Part shown: positions 13,197 to 23,939 of the stretch, piece by piece
Layout: each line of letters starts with the position of its first letter
Position numbering within the stretch: the first letter of the stretch is position 1
Assembly (NCBI GenBank): GCA_010015805.1
Contig: ML978121.1
Location: 434,001 to 498,000 of the forward strand
DNA length: 64,000 bases
Source of the DNA: Rhizodiscina lignyota
Taxonomy: Eukaryota
Direction: 5' to 3'
The notes under the pieces: model-generated
Databases searched by the model: none
What the model saw: only the letters and a program-made list of their open reading frames with translations
Told to the model about the DNA's origin: nothing
Translations under genes and position numbers: made by a program

Positions 13197-13927
13197 TGTT
13201 AGGTATATTCTTAACTATATATACAATTTCGAATTAACAACTGTCGGACGAATAGGTAGTATGGCTAGCCGCACCCTGACTTGAGCTAAGCTACCTCCTT
13301 ACACACCTCTAGTCAACCGGCTGGGGCTGTGGGGTTTATGGGAACTAGGCCCAACTTCCGTTCGCCCCCGTTCGAATCTCGGTTGGGCCTATTCTTTTTG
13401 GCTTTTTTGTTTTACTTTTTTCTCTCTTTCTATTTAATTTTCAGGTATCCGTTAGGTCTATTATTATTTCACATTTTCCTTCCCTTTTTGTATAATACGT
13501 GGTGTTGAGGGACGGACAGCGGTTTCTATGGCCTAAACTGCTTGCGACATATTGTGTTGAACACAATAGTGCGTCGGTCACTCCTGAGGCCGATCCCAAG
13601 TCTCGTGCTTAGTGCGGCGCCGAGATTCTGAGGGCTAAATTCTTATGTATTTAATCGGCTCGAGAGCCTAGAGGGCTGTTGTCAGAGAATTCTGAGTGCT
13701 AAGCCCTTTCAAACGTTTTATATCTCTTGTTATACAGGTTTTAATTGCGATATAGCTTTAATTACTTTAGAATTCGCTATTTCTAACTGTTATTATATTA
13801 GTTTCAGGCGCTATTTACACTAAGGGTTTAGATTTCACATGTTTTATCACTGTATATATCGATCCGAGCTGCGCTCGAATTCTAGTAGTAAGATCGCCTT
13901 CAATTAATGCAATTTCGAATTAACAAC
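13197..13927. repeat. Composite AT-rich repeat relic (retroelement-like) bounded by an 18-bp direct repeat
   Basis: CAATTTCGAATTAACAAC at 13224-13241 and 13910-13927; TGTTA...TAACA LTR-like ends; internal hairpins and a T-tract; no ORF. Confidence 0.5.
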
Positions 13928-14459
13928 ACGTTTTCAATCTACATTTCATAACAGATCAAATCTTTGACAGCTGTCGTCCCTCGTTAATTCGAATTCACCT
14001 CGTTTCACAACGAAATTCACGAATCCTTACTATTTCGATAGCTCGCGCCTGATTTTCGTCTAACTTAGAGTGGTGCGGGAACATCCAGACAAAGTGAGAG
14101 CATGTTAGTCTTATAGCGCGGCAGTAGAATCATTGACCTGCCTTTAAGAGCATCTCATGAATTATCCCTGTAAAAGGTAGCCGGCATGAGTGCCTCTATG
14201 GCCGCTTATATGTAGTCTACGCTACCCGATGGATTGTGCTAACCGTGTTCGGAGCACCCGAAATACATCACTGGAGGCGGGAGCAATTTCCGTTCGCTAA
14301 TCCCGCCGGTGAACAGTGTTTATCAACGAAATTTCTAGCTAAACATGTAAAGCCTGTTGGAAAGTCTCAACATTTGCATCTTTCCATATTGGCACACAAA
14401 AGAATTAAAACATCATTTCCTCAGATTTTCTCTTCCCACAAAGGTGCATCGTGCGGGAC

Positions 14460-15760
14460 ATGTCAATGCCATATGTTTGCCGATGGGGCATCCTGGCGAC
14501 TGGAGGTATCGCCGAGTCGTTTGCGAAAGACCTGCTCGTCGATCCATCGACCCGGAGCGTGACAAAGATTCGCCATACCATTACCGCAGCTGCCAGTTCT
14601 TCTGGAGCATCCAGGGCGCGGAAATTTTTAGAGGATCTTGGAGTCGCAGATTCTGCAAGCTCATATGGATCTTATGAAGAACTGGCCCAAGACCCGAACG
14701 TAGACATCATCTACGTCGCTACGCCCCATTCTCATCATTTTCAAAATGTGATGCTTTGCTTAGAAGCGGGCCGAAATGTCTTGTGCGAAAAGGCGTTTAC
14801 TGTCAATGCAGCGCAGACCAGGGTTCTAATTGACAAGGCTCGTGAGAAAGTAGGTGCTCCTGCCTTTGGCATAGACGGTCTTGTTCACATAAAGGTAGAA
14901 TCTCTTTCTCATGGAGGCGGTGTGGACGCGTTACTTCCCGCTATCTGAATATTTGACAGACACTATTCTTAATGGAACAATAGGATCCGTACAGCGGTAA
15001 TGTCGTCGATCATTCCAAGATTGTGAGTTCAAGCTGACCTTTATGCAGTGTTATCGCAGACCTGTCGGTACCAACTGACCCAGATGTAGCGAATTCCGAA
15101 AGTTTAAGCCGGATCGAAGACCCTAAGACTGCTGGAGGGGCACTTCTCGAACTTGGCGTATATCCCATTAACTGGTGCTTTCAAGCGATTTACAACGTCA
15201 TTCCAGCAGATATCAGATCGCCTCCAAGCGTGAAGGCCGTAATTAAAAAGTACCCTTCCGGTGTTGACGAGACGACAAGTATGATACTTGTTTTCCCGCG
15301 CCCAAGCGAATATGGCGGCGACGCTCATGCTTTTGCCACGTGCTCGATAACTCCAGGATCACGCTGGAGGGAGACAAGAGCGCCTCAGCCTTCGGTACGG
15401 ATTCTCGGGACTAAGGGGGAGCTGGAGTTGTATCACCCCTCATTCCGACCTGCGCGTACTAGGCTAATGACTGAAAATGGTGATATCGTCGAGAAAACTT
15501 GGCCACATCCAGGTCCAGGGAAAGGAAGCAATTGGTACAACTGGTACCGCGATGAACGGCTAGCTGAAGGTGAAGCAAGAGGGATGGCCTGGCAGGCAGA
15601 CGAAGCTGCGACAGCCCTCTCCACCGATCAGAAGGAGAGCAGTAAACAGAGCCTCGAGGAAAGTTTGGTCATCATGCAGGTCATGGACGAGGTCCGTAGG
15701 CAGGGAGACCTTGTGTACTCCGAGGAACTGGAATCGACAGCATATCCCTTACAATTGTAG
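14460..15760 (+). CDS. Gfo/Idh/MocA-family oxidoreductase (dimeric dihydrodiol / D-xylose dehydrogenase-like); 3 exons
   Basis: WGILATGGIA, YVATPHSHH, LCEKAFT, MEAVWTRYFP and GGALLELGVY. Introns 14850-14898 and 14996-15048 restore one frame. Confidence 0.92.
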
Positions 15761-16810
15761 TTTCATTACGCAATGTTTCTAAAGAAGAGTCTTTAGAGGT
15801 AGCGAGGCGCGGAGGCGGTAGCAGGACGCCTACCGATCTACAGGTTATAGTTATCAAGGCCAATACGATTACGTCGCGACGAAAGCAACAACACTACGAT
15901 GTCTAAAGGTGGAAAAGCAGAAGTTTACTATCGCTTGATTCAGATATTCGTCAGAAGAATTGATATCGTCAAAACGGCAAAGGAACACGAGCTTCGACTG
16001 AAATGCGTGCACCAATATTCTACCACACTATTAAATCTTCTCCTATTATACATAATGCTTAAAATATATGATTAGACTTACTAGAGCGTAAGGAGAGATA
16101 GTCGGCTATTTATATATTCCTACATCCTTACTCTTGACTCAGGCTGCGCAGGTAATAACCGCTTAAGTCACATCGAAGACCACTGTCTTATTCAACTGAC
16201 TCGTTCAACAAGAGATTCACTTTATGGAGCGCTCGCTTCCAGATTAACGGTGTTAGTTTCATCGAATGAATGGCTCTATAAGCAATGTAATTAAACAACA
16301 GCTACCAGTACGAAAACTGAACTTTTGAACACTTGCTTCTGAGGGAGATTAACCCAATGATCGTCTTCGCCAAGAATCATGTTCCGCTCCTATACCACAC
16401 ATCATTATATCATCGTTCCAGTCTTCTCTCGAATCCTCGATGTTATGCGAATCCCAAGGCCCACGCCCGTTGGAATCTCCCTAGATATCGACGGCCCAAC
16501 GGGGTCGAGTGTGATAACGCCACTACCATGGCAATATCCAGAACACTCGTTCTAAGCTAGCAGTGTCTCCTGGTCTGAGTGACACATGGGTGATGGTAGC
16601 GGACGCTGAAGCCGAAGTTCCAGAAGCCTCTCCGCCGGCCCATGAAGCGTAGTCCTTGCGGTTTGGCTGGTGTGATCATGCTAGGGTTTATGGTTGCGTC
16701 AACAATCAGGTCTCGGAGTTGGGATTATTTGGGAGTTGGATTCAGCGTCAATGCCTTCAGTTTCGCTAGAGATGGAATGAGAAGTAATATCGTGAACATG
16801 GTGTTTGGCT

Positions 16811-18379
16811 TCAGAACGTCACTTCTCCGATCACTAGTTCCTTGTCAGTCTGTATGCTGAACCACAAAGATTCCTGGTACGCTTACCCATTCGACTCTTT
16901 ATCCATTGCCAGCCGAAGAACAGGTTCCCTTGGTTGTTAAATGTGAAAGCGTCGATTGGAACTGCGAATAGACTCGTCATGAAGGAAAGGGGCGTCTGTT
17001 ATAAACCCCAAGTGAGTTTCCATGAACCGCAAATTTGAGTATAATAGTAGTAGGATGACTTACGAAAACAATTGTAACCACCGTGAAGAGCATGATGAAG
17101 TTGTTGAGACTTCTTGCATATTGAGCTTCGCTGAGAGATCCTTGCGATTCTTTCAATTCCACGAGATATTGAAGCTAGCTAAATATTAGGAAGCTAGAGA
17201 CACTTCTCGCTCTTTCGAACTGCAAAGTAGACTTACGCCGTCTTGGATTCTGCCCGCATCCCCATCCATCTTGTTGATCCGCTCAATGAGACTATGAAGC
17301 CCACAGTCTTGTTTGAACCCGTCCCTGTGGTCCTTAGGGGTTCTCTGAGCCCTTTCCCGGCACTCGTCGTCTAGTCCTGGCCAAAACATCTGGGAAAATT
17401 GATCCACGACTTCAGCCTGAGTTTCGAGGAAGCGACGGAGCAAATTGAGCTCGTTTCTAATATCTTTGATCTCGTAAAGAGCTGAAATCTCCGCATCGAT
17501 AGAGTTGTGATCTACTCTGTGATTGTCTAAGTCATCATCGAGTGTTGTTTCCGACGAGATCATCCTCTCTGCCAAGGCCATTATTCGTTTCTTCTGATGT
17601 TTCTCCCTGACAGAGTTGACAAATCGATTGAGGCATCTAGCCTCATGGTTTTCTTGCAGCAAGGAAATAAGTGACTGTATTTGCCGAGGATGATATTCCT
17701 CGCCCCACTTAGAGGCGGAACTTACCAACTCAGCAATACGGCAGTGGAATATATCTAGAATATGTTTACCCAGCCCTGCATATCTATGCTCATCGAGGAA
17801 TGTGACACACTCGTACACTATATGCTCTATTAGTTCTTTAGGTTGGCTGAAAGAGCTAATTCCACTCTGCCGTATTGTCTGTAGGAGCGAGTCCTCTCGC
17901 CCCCAGTGCCATCGTTCAGGGAAAGCGGTAATAATCGTTCCTTCAGTCAAATTAGTACCAGTGAGGCATGGGTTTACGTGATGTTGAAAGCCTACTGGTG
18001 TCTATTTTCCATAACCAGAGCTGCTGAATCTGATTCGGAGCCACAACAGCTGCGTTCAGCAAGGATGCTTGAGGAGATATTATATTGGGCTTTATCGTCG
18101 ACCCTGGTGGCATCGGAGAGGTTAACGGCAGAGTTGCTTGCTGAAGAAGTGGCGGTGGTTGAGATAGTTTGTTCGACTGCCTAAGAACAACAGTATTGCT
18201 CTCTCCAATCTCTAGAGAAGTCATGGTCTGTACAAGGGCAGGTTGTTGACCTTGAGAAATTCATCTCCAGCCCTTGGGTATTCATATAGCTTGGTGTTCG
18301 TGATGGTATGCACGTAGTACCACTTCTGGCTTGGCTGGTCGTACTCCAGCCTCCATCCGACCGGTGCTGGTACTGCCAT
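16811..18379 (-). CDS. WW-domain + CorA-like (Mg-transporter-type C-terminus) multi-exon gene, possibly frameshifted or degenerate
   Basis: QLWLWKID|RTIITAFPERW, EIKDIRNELNLL and IMLFTVVTIVF..PLSFMTSLFA are typical of fungal CorA-like domain proteins. A WW-like 52-aa ORF lies at 18221-18379. The 3' end is uncertain because TM2 looks cut short. Confidence 0.6.
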
Positions 18380-18479
18380 CGTATAAATCTGAAGAGAATT
18401 TGTGAAAAGGTTGTCTGACTTAGAAAATAACGTAGCAAGGTTGCACCAGAGAGGAGGAGAATCAAGATACGCAATGTAG

Positions 18480-19642
18480 ACTTAAGGCTTCAAGTCAACT
18501 GCAGCTCAAGCTTTTCGGCCATTCTCGTGGCATGGATTGGGGCTAAGGCTACAAGAAGGGAGACAATTAATCAGAGAGATGGCCGTTTACCAATCATGGA
18601 GAAAGGGTGTGGTCGACGGCGAGTCCCAATCAGAGTGTAGCGTCGTTCGGATATTCTACGACGTGGTAAGCTCCGGATACAGGGGCCATCTTCAGAAATT
18701 ACCCAGTCATCGTCAGACGCGTTGGCACTGCCTCGATGCTTTCGAAATGTTCCGGGGCCTGTTTGCTCCTTGAGCAACCGCGTCGACAGGATAAGCGGAT
18801 TGGGCGAATCCTGTATTTCGTGGTGTGATCAGCCTTGCAAAGCGTTTTTGTGGCTTGCTGAAAACGAGAAGTAAGAAGGAAAGGAAAGTTAGCCGGCTCA
18901 CTCGAAAGCAGTAATAATGAGAAGATAGCCGTAAGTACTATACTAGATGGGCAACCTCGAGTCCTCTAGACTCCAGGCAATTCGTAGCTTAAGTCCGTCT
19001 TAATAGCTGGAGACAGAGAGGCGCTTTTATGAGCACTGTTCCCTTGCAGAACTCATCGAAGAGCTCAGTCGGCTGCGTGAGGCTTCGATTGTGTCGACAG
19101 CAATCGCGCACAGCTTGTGTCTTTTTGGATGCGGATACTGATTCGCTGTTTAAAGGGCGCCCTGCGCCTACTGCCAGTTGCAGAATCGGTGTCCGGCGCA
19201 TGGCTTTCGCACGGCTTCGACTTTTTGAACCCCCGGGGACCGTACTAACCGCTATACTTTACAAGACTTATTGCAAGATCTCGCTGATAATACACCTATG
19301 ACTGTTTTTTATTGTCAGAACATTACGCTGCGCTACACTTTGCTACCCCAGAGTCTCGGCGCTACAGATCCTCTACTCATCGACGCCAACCCTCTTCTGT
19401 TCACGACAGCGAAATACGAAGCCATTCGAGGAAAGACGTTACAGAGGTCAATTTTCATCTTATACTCGTTACAAATGAAGAAATATACTTATAGCTCTCT
19501 TGATCAAGGCATCAATAGCTTTCGAGTGGGCGTGGACTGAGGTGTTCGAAAATTTGGAAGTCGAGCTGTTGATATGAGCCGCTGGCGCAGAGCCGCCATC
19601 ATATGAGAGTTGAACTGTGAACTTCTGAAGGAACAAACGCAT
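18480..19642 (-). pseudogene. Degenerate coding-like remnant
   Basis: Short protein-like frames with intron-like signals but multiple stops; no family recognised. Confidence 0.25.
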
Positions 19643-20390
19643 CGTGAGGCTTCGAAGCTAAGTATGAAAAGAAGAAGAATGTGCTAAGTACTATAGCTTC
19701 CTAGCCTGTTGACACCTCTCTGATGCGGAGCGAGAACGATACAGCGACGAAAATTTATGGCCTGCCCGTTTTGACACACGTGAGCGTAGATACCAATTGA
19801 GAAGTCTGCGGTGCTGTCATGTAAAACTCAGGAAGACCATCGAGCCACAAATTTTATAACTTACGTGAAATTCGTTGGGGAAAAAATAGTGCGGATTCTC
19901 CCAAGAAGGTGCAAAACTTTCTGATGTTCAGTTGGATTCCGAGGTGGGTGCTTCATACGAAGTGTGGTTGAGGAAGTCGAATTTAGACCTTCTGTTGTGT
20001 ATATTACAAAAGGAGATGTGTCGAAGGTGGTCCGCAGCTGCCAGAAGAGTACTAAGGAATACCTATCCCGTCGCATTCCTCGGCGGGCGTCCGGCAAAGT
20101 TTGGTGAAAGCCATTTTCTTCATCACTATCATTGAGAATAACACAGGATTCAAATTTTACAAATCCCATGATTGCATCATTCCTAAGAGCAGAAAATTTG
20201 GTTTACTCCATATAAACGACTCGTTCGGCCAGAAAAAGATCTGTGACCGACGCATCCCTCGGAATAGTTACGTCGACATGCTCTCAAACACTCGAACACA
20301 ACTATTGCTTCAACATTGGATTTAAAGCTCCAAACACTCAATTACATCCACTAGTATCCTTCCCCTGTCATAATCCCGACCATTATCGCA

Positions 20391-21539
20391 ATGGAACGTG
20401 ATATATCTCCACCTCCCACAAAACGCCGCCGGATCTCAAACGGTTCTGATGTGAAAGTGGCAAAGAGCAAGAGCAAGGAAACCGATCAACCAAACCCAGA
20501 CACATCGCAATCTCTCCGAATTTTCACCTGGAACATCAACGGAATCATACCCTTCCTCCAAACCCCAATCACAAAGTTTTTCTCCCCGTCTACATCATCC
20601 ACCACCACCGCCTCCAAAGCCCCAGCGTCTCTCCGCACATTCCTCCACAGACATCATTTCCCCCAACTCCTCTTCCTGCAAGAAGTCAAAATCCCCGCCT
20701 CAGACCTCAAGACCCAGCGCGCCGTCACTGCCGCCGTCGACGACCGCTTGGACGCCGACGACGAGGAGCATGGACCAGAGTACGTCGTGCACTTCACGCT
20801 TCCCAGGGACAAATTCAACGCCAAGGGCTTCGGCGGGAGAGTGTACGGCGTCGCGAGCATCATCCGAAAAGACTTCTACGATCAGCATGTCACTAGCGTG
20901 CGGGACGTCGAATGGGATCTGGAAGGACGCGTGAGCGTCGTCGAGTTGAAGGGCAAGCTGGCGATCTGGAACATCTACGCCGTTAATGGGACGGATGCGC
21001 CGTACCGCGATCCGCAGACTGGACAGGCGAAGGGTACTCGACATGATCGGAAACTCGCGTTCCACAGACTGCTCGTTGACGAATGCAAGAAGATGGAAGG
21101 GGATGGCTGGACGCACGTGCTAGCAGGAGACTTCAACGTCGCGCCGGCGCGGATCGATGGGCATCCGAATCTGCGGACGTGGCCGGCGCAGCATGTCGTC
21201 AACCGCGCGGACTTCAATTCGAGGTTTCTTGATGGGAGGAATGGAGTAGGGTTGCGGGCAGTAGATGTGTGGAGGGCGTTGAAGAAGGATGAGAGAAAGT
21301 ATACGTATTACCCAAGAGGACGGGAATGGGGAAGTAGCTGTGATCGGGTGGATCTAATATTGGCATCGCGGAAATTATGGGAGGATGGAGATGTGCTTGA
21401 TGCCGGGATCCTGGACAGTCCGCAAGAAAGAGGGCCGAGTGATCATGTGCCATTGTGGGTCAGAGTGCGGTACGAGTGCGAGAAAGAAATTCAGGATCGT
21501 GATAGGGAAGAGAATGAAGGGAAGCGAACAGAGAGCTAA
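20391..21539 (+). CDS. Exonuclease III / AP-endonuclease family (EEP, DNase I-like) nuclease
   Basis: TWNING, LQEVK, NIYAVNG, LAGDFN, DRVDLIL and SDHVP motifs; N-terminal NLS-like PTKRRR. Confidence 0.92.
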   Translation: MERDISPPPTKRRRISNGSDVKVAKSKSKETDQPNPDTSQSLRIFTWNINGIIPFLQTPITKFFSPSTSSTTTASKAPASLRTFLHRHHFPQLLFLQEVKIPASDLKTQRAVTAAVDDRLDADDEEHGPEYVVHFTLPRDKFNAKGFGGRVYGVASIIRKDFYDQHVTSVRDVEWDLEGRVSVVELKGKLAIWNIYAVNGTDAPYRDPQTGQAKGTRHDRKLAFHRLLVDECKKMEGDGWTHVLAGDFNVAPARIDGHPNLRTWPAQHVVNRADFNSRFLDGRNGVGLRAVDVWRALKKDERKYTYYPRGREWGSSCDRVDLILASRKLWEDGDVLDAGILDSPQERGPSDHVPLWVRVRYECEKEIQDRDREENEGKRTES

Positions 21540-22008
21540 TCCCACCTTACGGAACGACCGTGGTTTGAATTCACAGCGGTGACACGCACACCAGGCCAGG
21601 ACGAAGGCGGGGCATTGGTTAAGAGACACCTCGACTCCATTGACTATACAAAGTACAGCGCTCCTCGCAAAACCATCATAGCAGGCTTGAGGACTGGGCC
21701 GTTGCCGGACTTCACCCCCAACCGCATGAGGCAGCGAAAGAGGAGGCGTAAGCTATGTATAAGAAAGGGATTATCCAAAAGAGATCTTGACCCAAGTTTT
21801 GGAAATAACCCAATCACCACCATTATGAAACGACAAGAGGGGAAATGTATGCACAATTTGATCTTCTTCTTCCTCTACAAGTTGATTATTTGCTGAACGC
21901 TGAAGGCAGATGTTCGTGACGCGTGAGTATCGACGCTAACAAGGTATGTCAGTAAACTGTGTAGTTGAAGCAACTGATGGAGACCGCTTACCATACTAGA
22001 AGCATCGC

Positions 22009-22767
22009 CTAAAGCCTAGAACCGTGAACAACTTTGTAGTCAACAGCCAGCTCCTGGCCATTATCATTGATGACCAACACTCTAACACTGCCACGGCCAT
22101 TGTCGAAGCTCTCGGTGAGCCTAGCGAGCAAGTCGCTCTGGTCAATGATTGGCAGAGCCTGCTTGACATCGCCAGTCTCGGTCATGGCGACAACGTAGCC
22201 ATCATCACGGATATCCAAAACGCGGTACTGCTTGAAGACGGGGCCAAGCATGTTCTGGACAATGACACTGGGGGCCGGGTTGCTGATGAAAGAGCTCTCC
22301 TCATGCAGCTGCTTGGTGAAGAGGTCGACACCCAGGTAGCGGTGCTGGCCAGTCTGGCTGGAGGTGGTGATGCGGATGACCTGGCAAGGACGGCCCTGCA
22401 AGATGAGCAGGTCACCGATGCGGATGTGGTGGCAGGGGATGGTGATCGTGTTAGGAGGAGCCATCTTGCGAGATTGAGAGACGCTCACAGAAGACTGGAA
22501 GCGAGAAGGAGTAGGTTCGAAGCGGGAAGGGGAAGGCTCGTAGCGGGAAGGAGAGGGCTCGAAGCGAGAAGGAGCTGGGGCAGCGGATGGAACTTGGATT
22601 TCCTTCTCACGGATGACTACGTCCTCACGCTCGATGCGCTCTGGGCGTTCGTGATGGTCGTGGTGGTGGTGGCGAGGTCCGTGGATGGGGTGGAGGATAT
22701 GTTCGGCGGCCCTGTGCAGACCGTGGCGGAAAGAATGATAATGTCCGTCTTCGTCGTAATATCCCAT
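22009..22767 (-). CDS. hexA: Woronin body major protein HexA/HEX-1 (AUG-initiated form starting MGYYDEDG; second in-frame AUG at 22462-22464)
   Basis: TITIPCHHIRIGDLLILQGRPCQVIRI...YLGVDLFTKQLHEESS eIF5A-like core; C-terminal PTS1 SRL. Confidence 0.97.
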   Translation of the reverse strand: MGYYDEDGHYHSFRHGLHRAAEHILHPIHGPRHHHHDHHERPERIEREDVVIREKEIQVPSAAPAPSRFEPSPSRYEPSPSRFEPTPSRFQSSVSVSQSRKMAPPNTITIPCHHIRIGDLLILQGRPCQVIRITTSSQTGQHRYLGVDLFTKQLHEESSFISNPAPSVIVQNMLGPVFKQYRVLDIRDDGYVVAMTETGDVKQALPIIDQSDLLARLTESFDNGRGSVRVLVINDNGQELAVDYKVVHGSRL

Positions 22768-23939
22768 ATCACGCTTGTGCTTGCGCCTAGGTTCTTCAAC
22801 CGTGGTCCGAGTTTCTTCTACTCGGATGTCCCGCGAACCGTTGGTGCGTGGAGCGGTATCTTGACGGAAGTCGACGGTGGTTTTACCGTAACCTCTGCCG
22901 CCTTCGAACTCGGCAGCGAAGGTGGAACCGGTGCGGCGGCGGAAGTCGCGCTCGGTGGTGTCGATGGCAGATCCGGCGAACTGGGATCCGGCCTGAGTTC
23001 CGGCGTACTGAGTAGCCGGGGTGTGGACGGTGTCGAAGTTGCGGTCGTAGGTCTGCTCGCGTTCAACTGTAGACCTCTGCTCGCGACCGTAAGACTTGTC
23101 AGGAACGTCGATCTGAGCGTCGACGTAACGGGAGAAGGGTGCTTGGTAGCTACATAGACAATTGCACGTCAGTGACGCGTTCAAAGCGTGAAGACAAGAA
23201 AAAAAATTCTCGTGGAAGAACACGTCAGGACGGGAAGGAAGGGAGGTAAGCTGTTTTGGCGTTGTTGCCGCGCCAACGCAGACGCCACCCGTGCGCTAGC
23301 GTGTGACTGATCTGCGGCTCAGCAGAAAAGGGGGGAATTGATGTCTCAGCGGCCGGCTCGCTTCCGGCACGGTGCAATTGGGCGAAACTGAAGGGATGAC
23401 TTACCTCTTTTGCCGGGGTACCTCCTGTGGCTCTACGATCTCGACGCGAGGACGGTGTTCACGCTCGCGTCGTTCTTCGCGAGGACGATAGTCGCGTTCG
23501 CGTTCGTAGATGCGTGTTTCTTCCTCGACGCGGGTGGCTGGGCGACGTTCACGGTAGCGGTCCTCTTCGTAGACTTGGACGTCTTCTTCTTCGTGGCGGC
23601 GGTCTCGACGGCTTGGAAGACTTGCGGAAACCGACGTATATTTTGTCTCCTCAAGCCCTTCCCGTCCGACGCGTGAAGTCTGACCTTCTACCTTGACTTG
23701 GGTTGTCTCCTCCTCTTCGACCGATCTCCAGGTCGAGGGGAATGGGCTTGGCGGAATGGGCAGACGGGCGTCTGGAAGGGGGATGGTCAGCCTTTACGTG
23801 TCGCGAAATCGAGTAGCCGGTGTATCCGTAAACACTGAGCGTGCTCTCAGCGGACAGCTCTCGCAATGGCGAAGTGTCGCGTCGAGAGCTCGCAAAACAA
23901 ACTCAGCACGCGAATAGGGGTCGACTTACCAAAGTCCAG
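22009..23939 (-). CDS. hexA: Predicted long HexA isoform (about 505 aa) from CUG at 23937-23939; exons 23939-23930, 23771-23405, 23149-22009
   Basis: Canonical GTAAGT donors at 23929 and 23404 and acceptors at 23772 and 23150 give a stop-free frame LDFDARLPIP...SYQAPF...MGYY. There is an in-frame TAA at 23985-23987 and no AUG upstream. Confidence 0.6.
22498..22572 (-). repeat. Coding tandem repeat, 21-nt unit x ~3.6 (PSRFEPS-type) in hexA
   Basis: Units start at 22498, 22519, 22540 and 22561 and encode PSRFEPSPSRYEPSPSRFEPTPSRF. Confidence 0.85.

Noticed and set aside
13260..13345. HDV-like or hammerhead ribozyme
   Set aside because: Could not place the P1.1, P4 and catalytic-C elements, nor a CUGAUGA/GAAA core.
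13346..13391. tRNA gene
   Set aside because: Has a T-loop-like motif and a closing stem but no D or anticodon arms, and the T-stem is mismatched.
22024..23157. 377-aa ORF antisense to hexA
   Set aside because: Codon-aligned shadow of a highly biased gene; non-AUG start and no recognisable domain.
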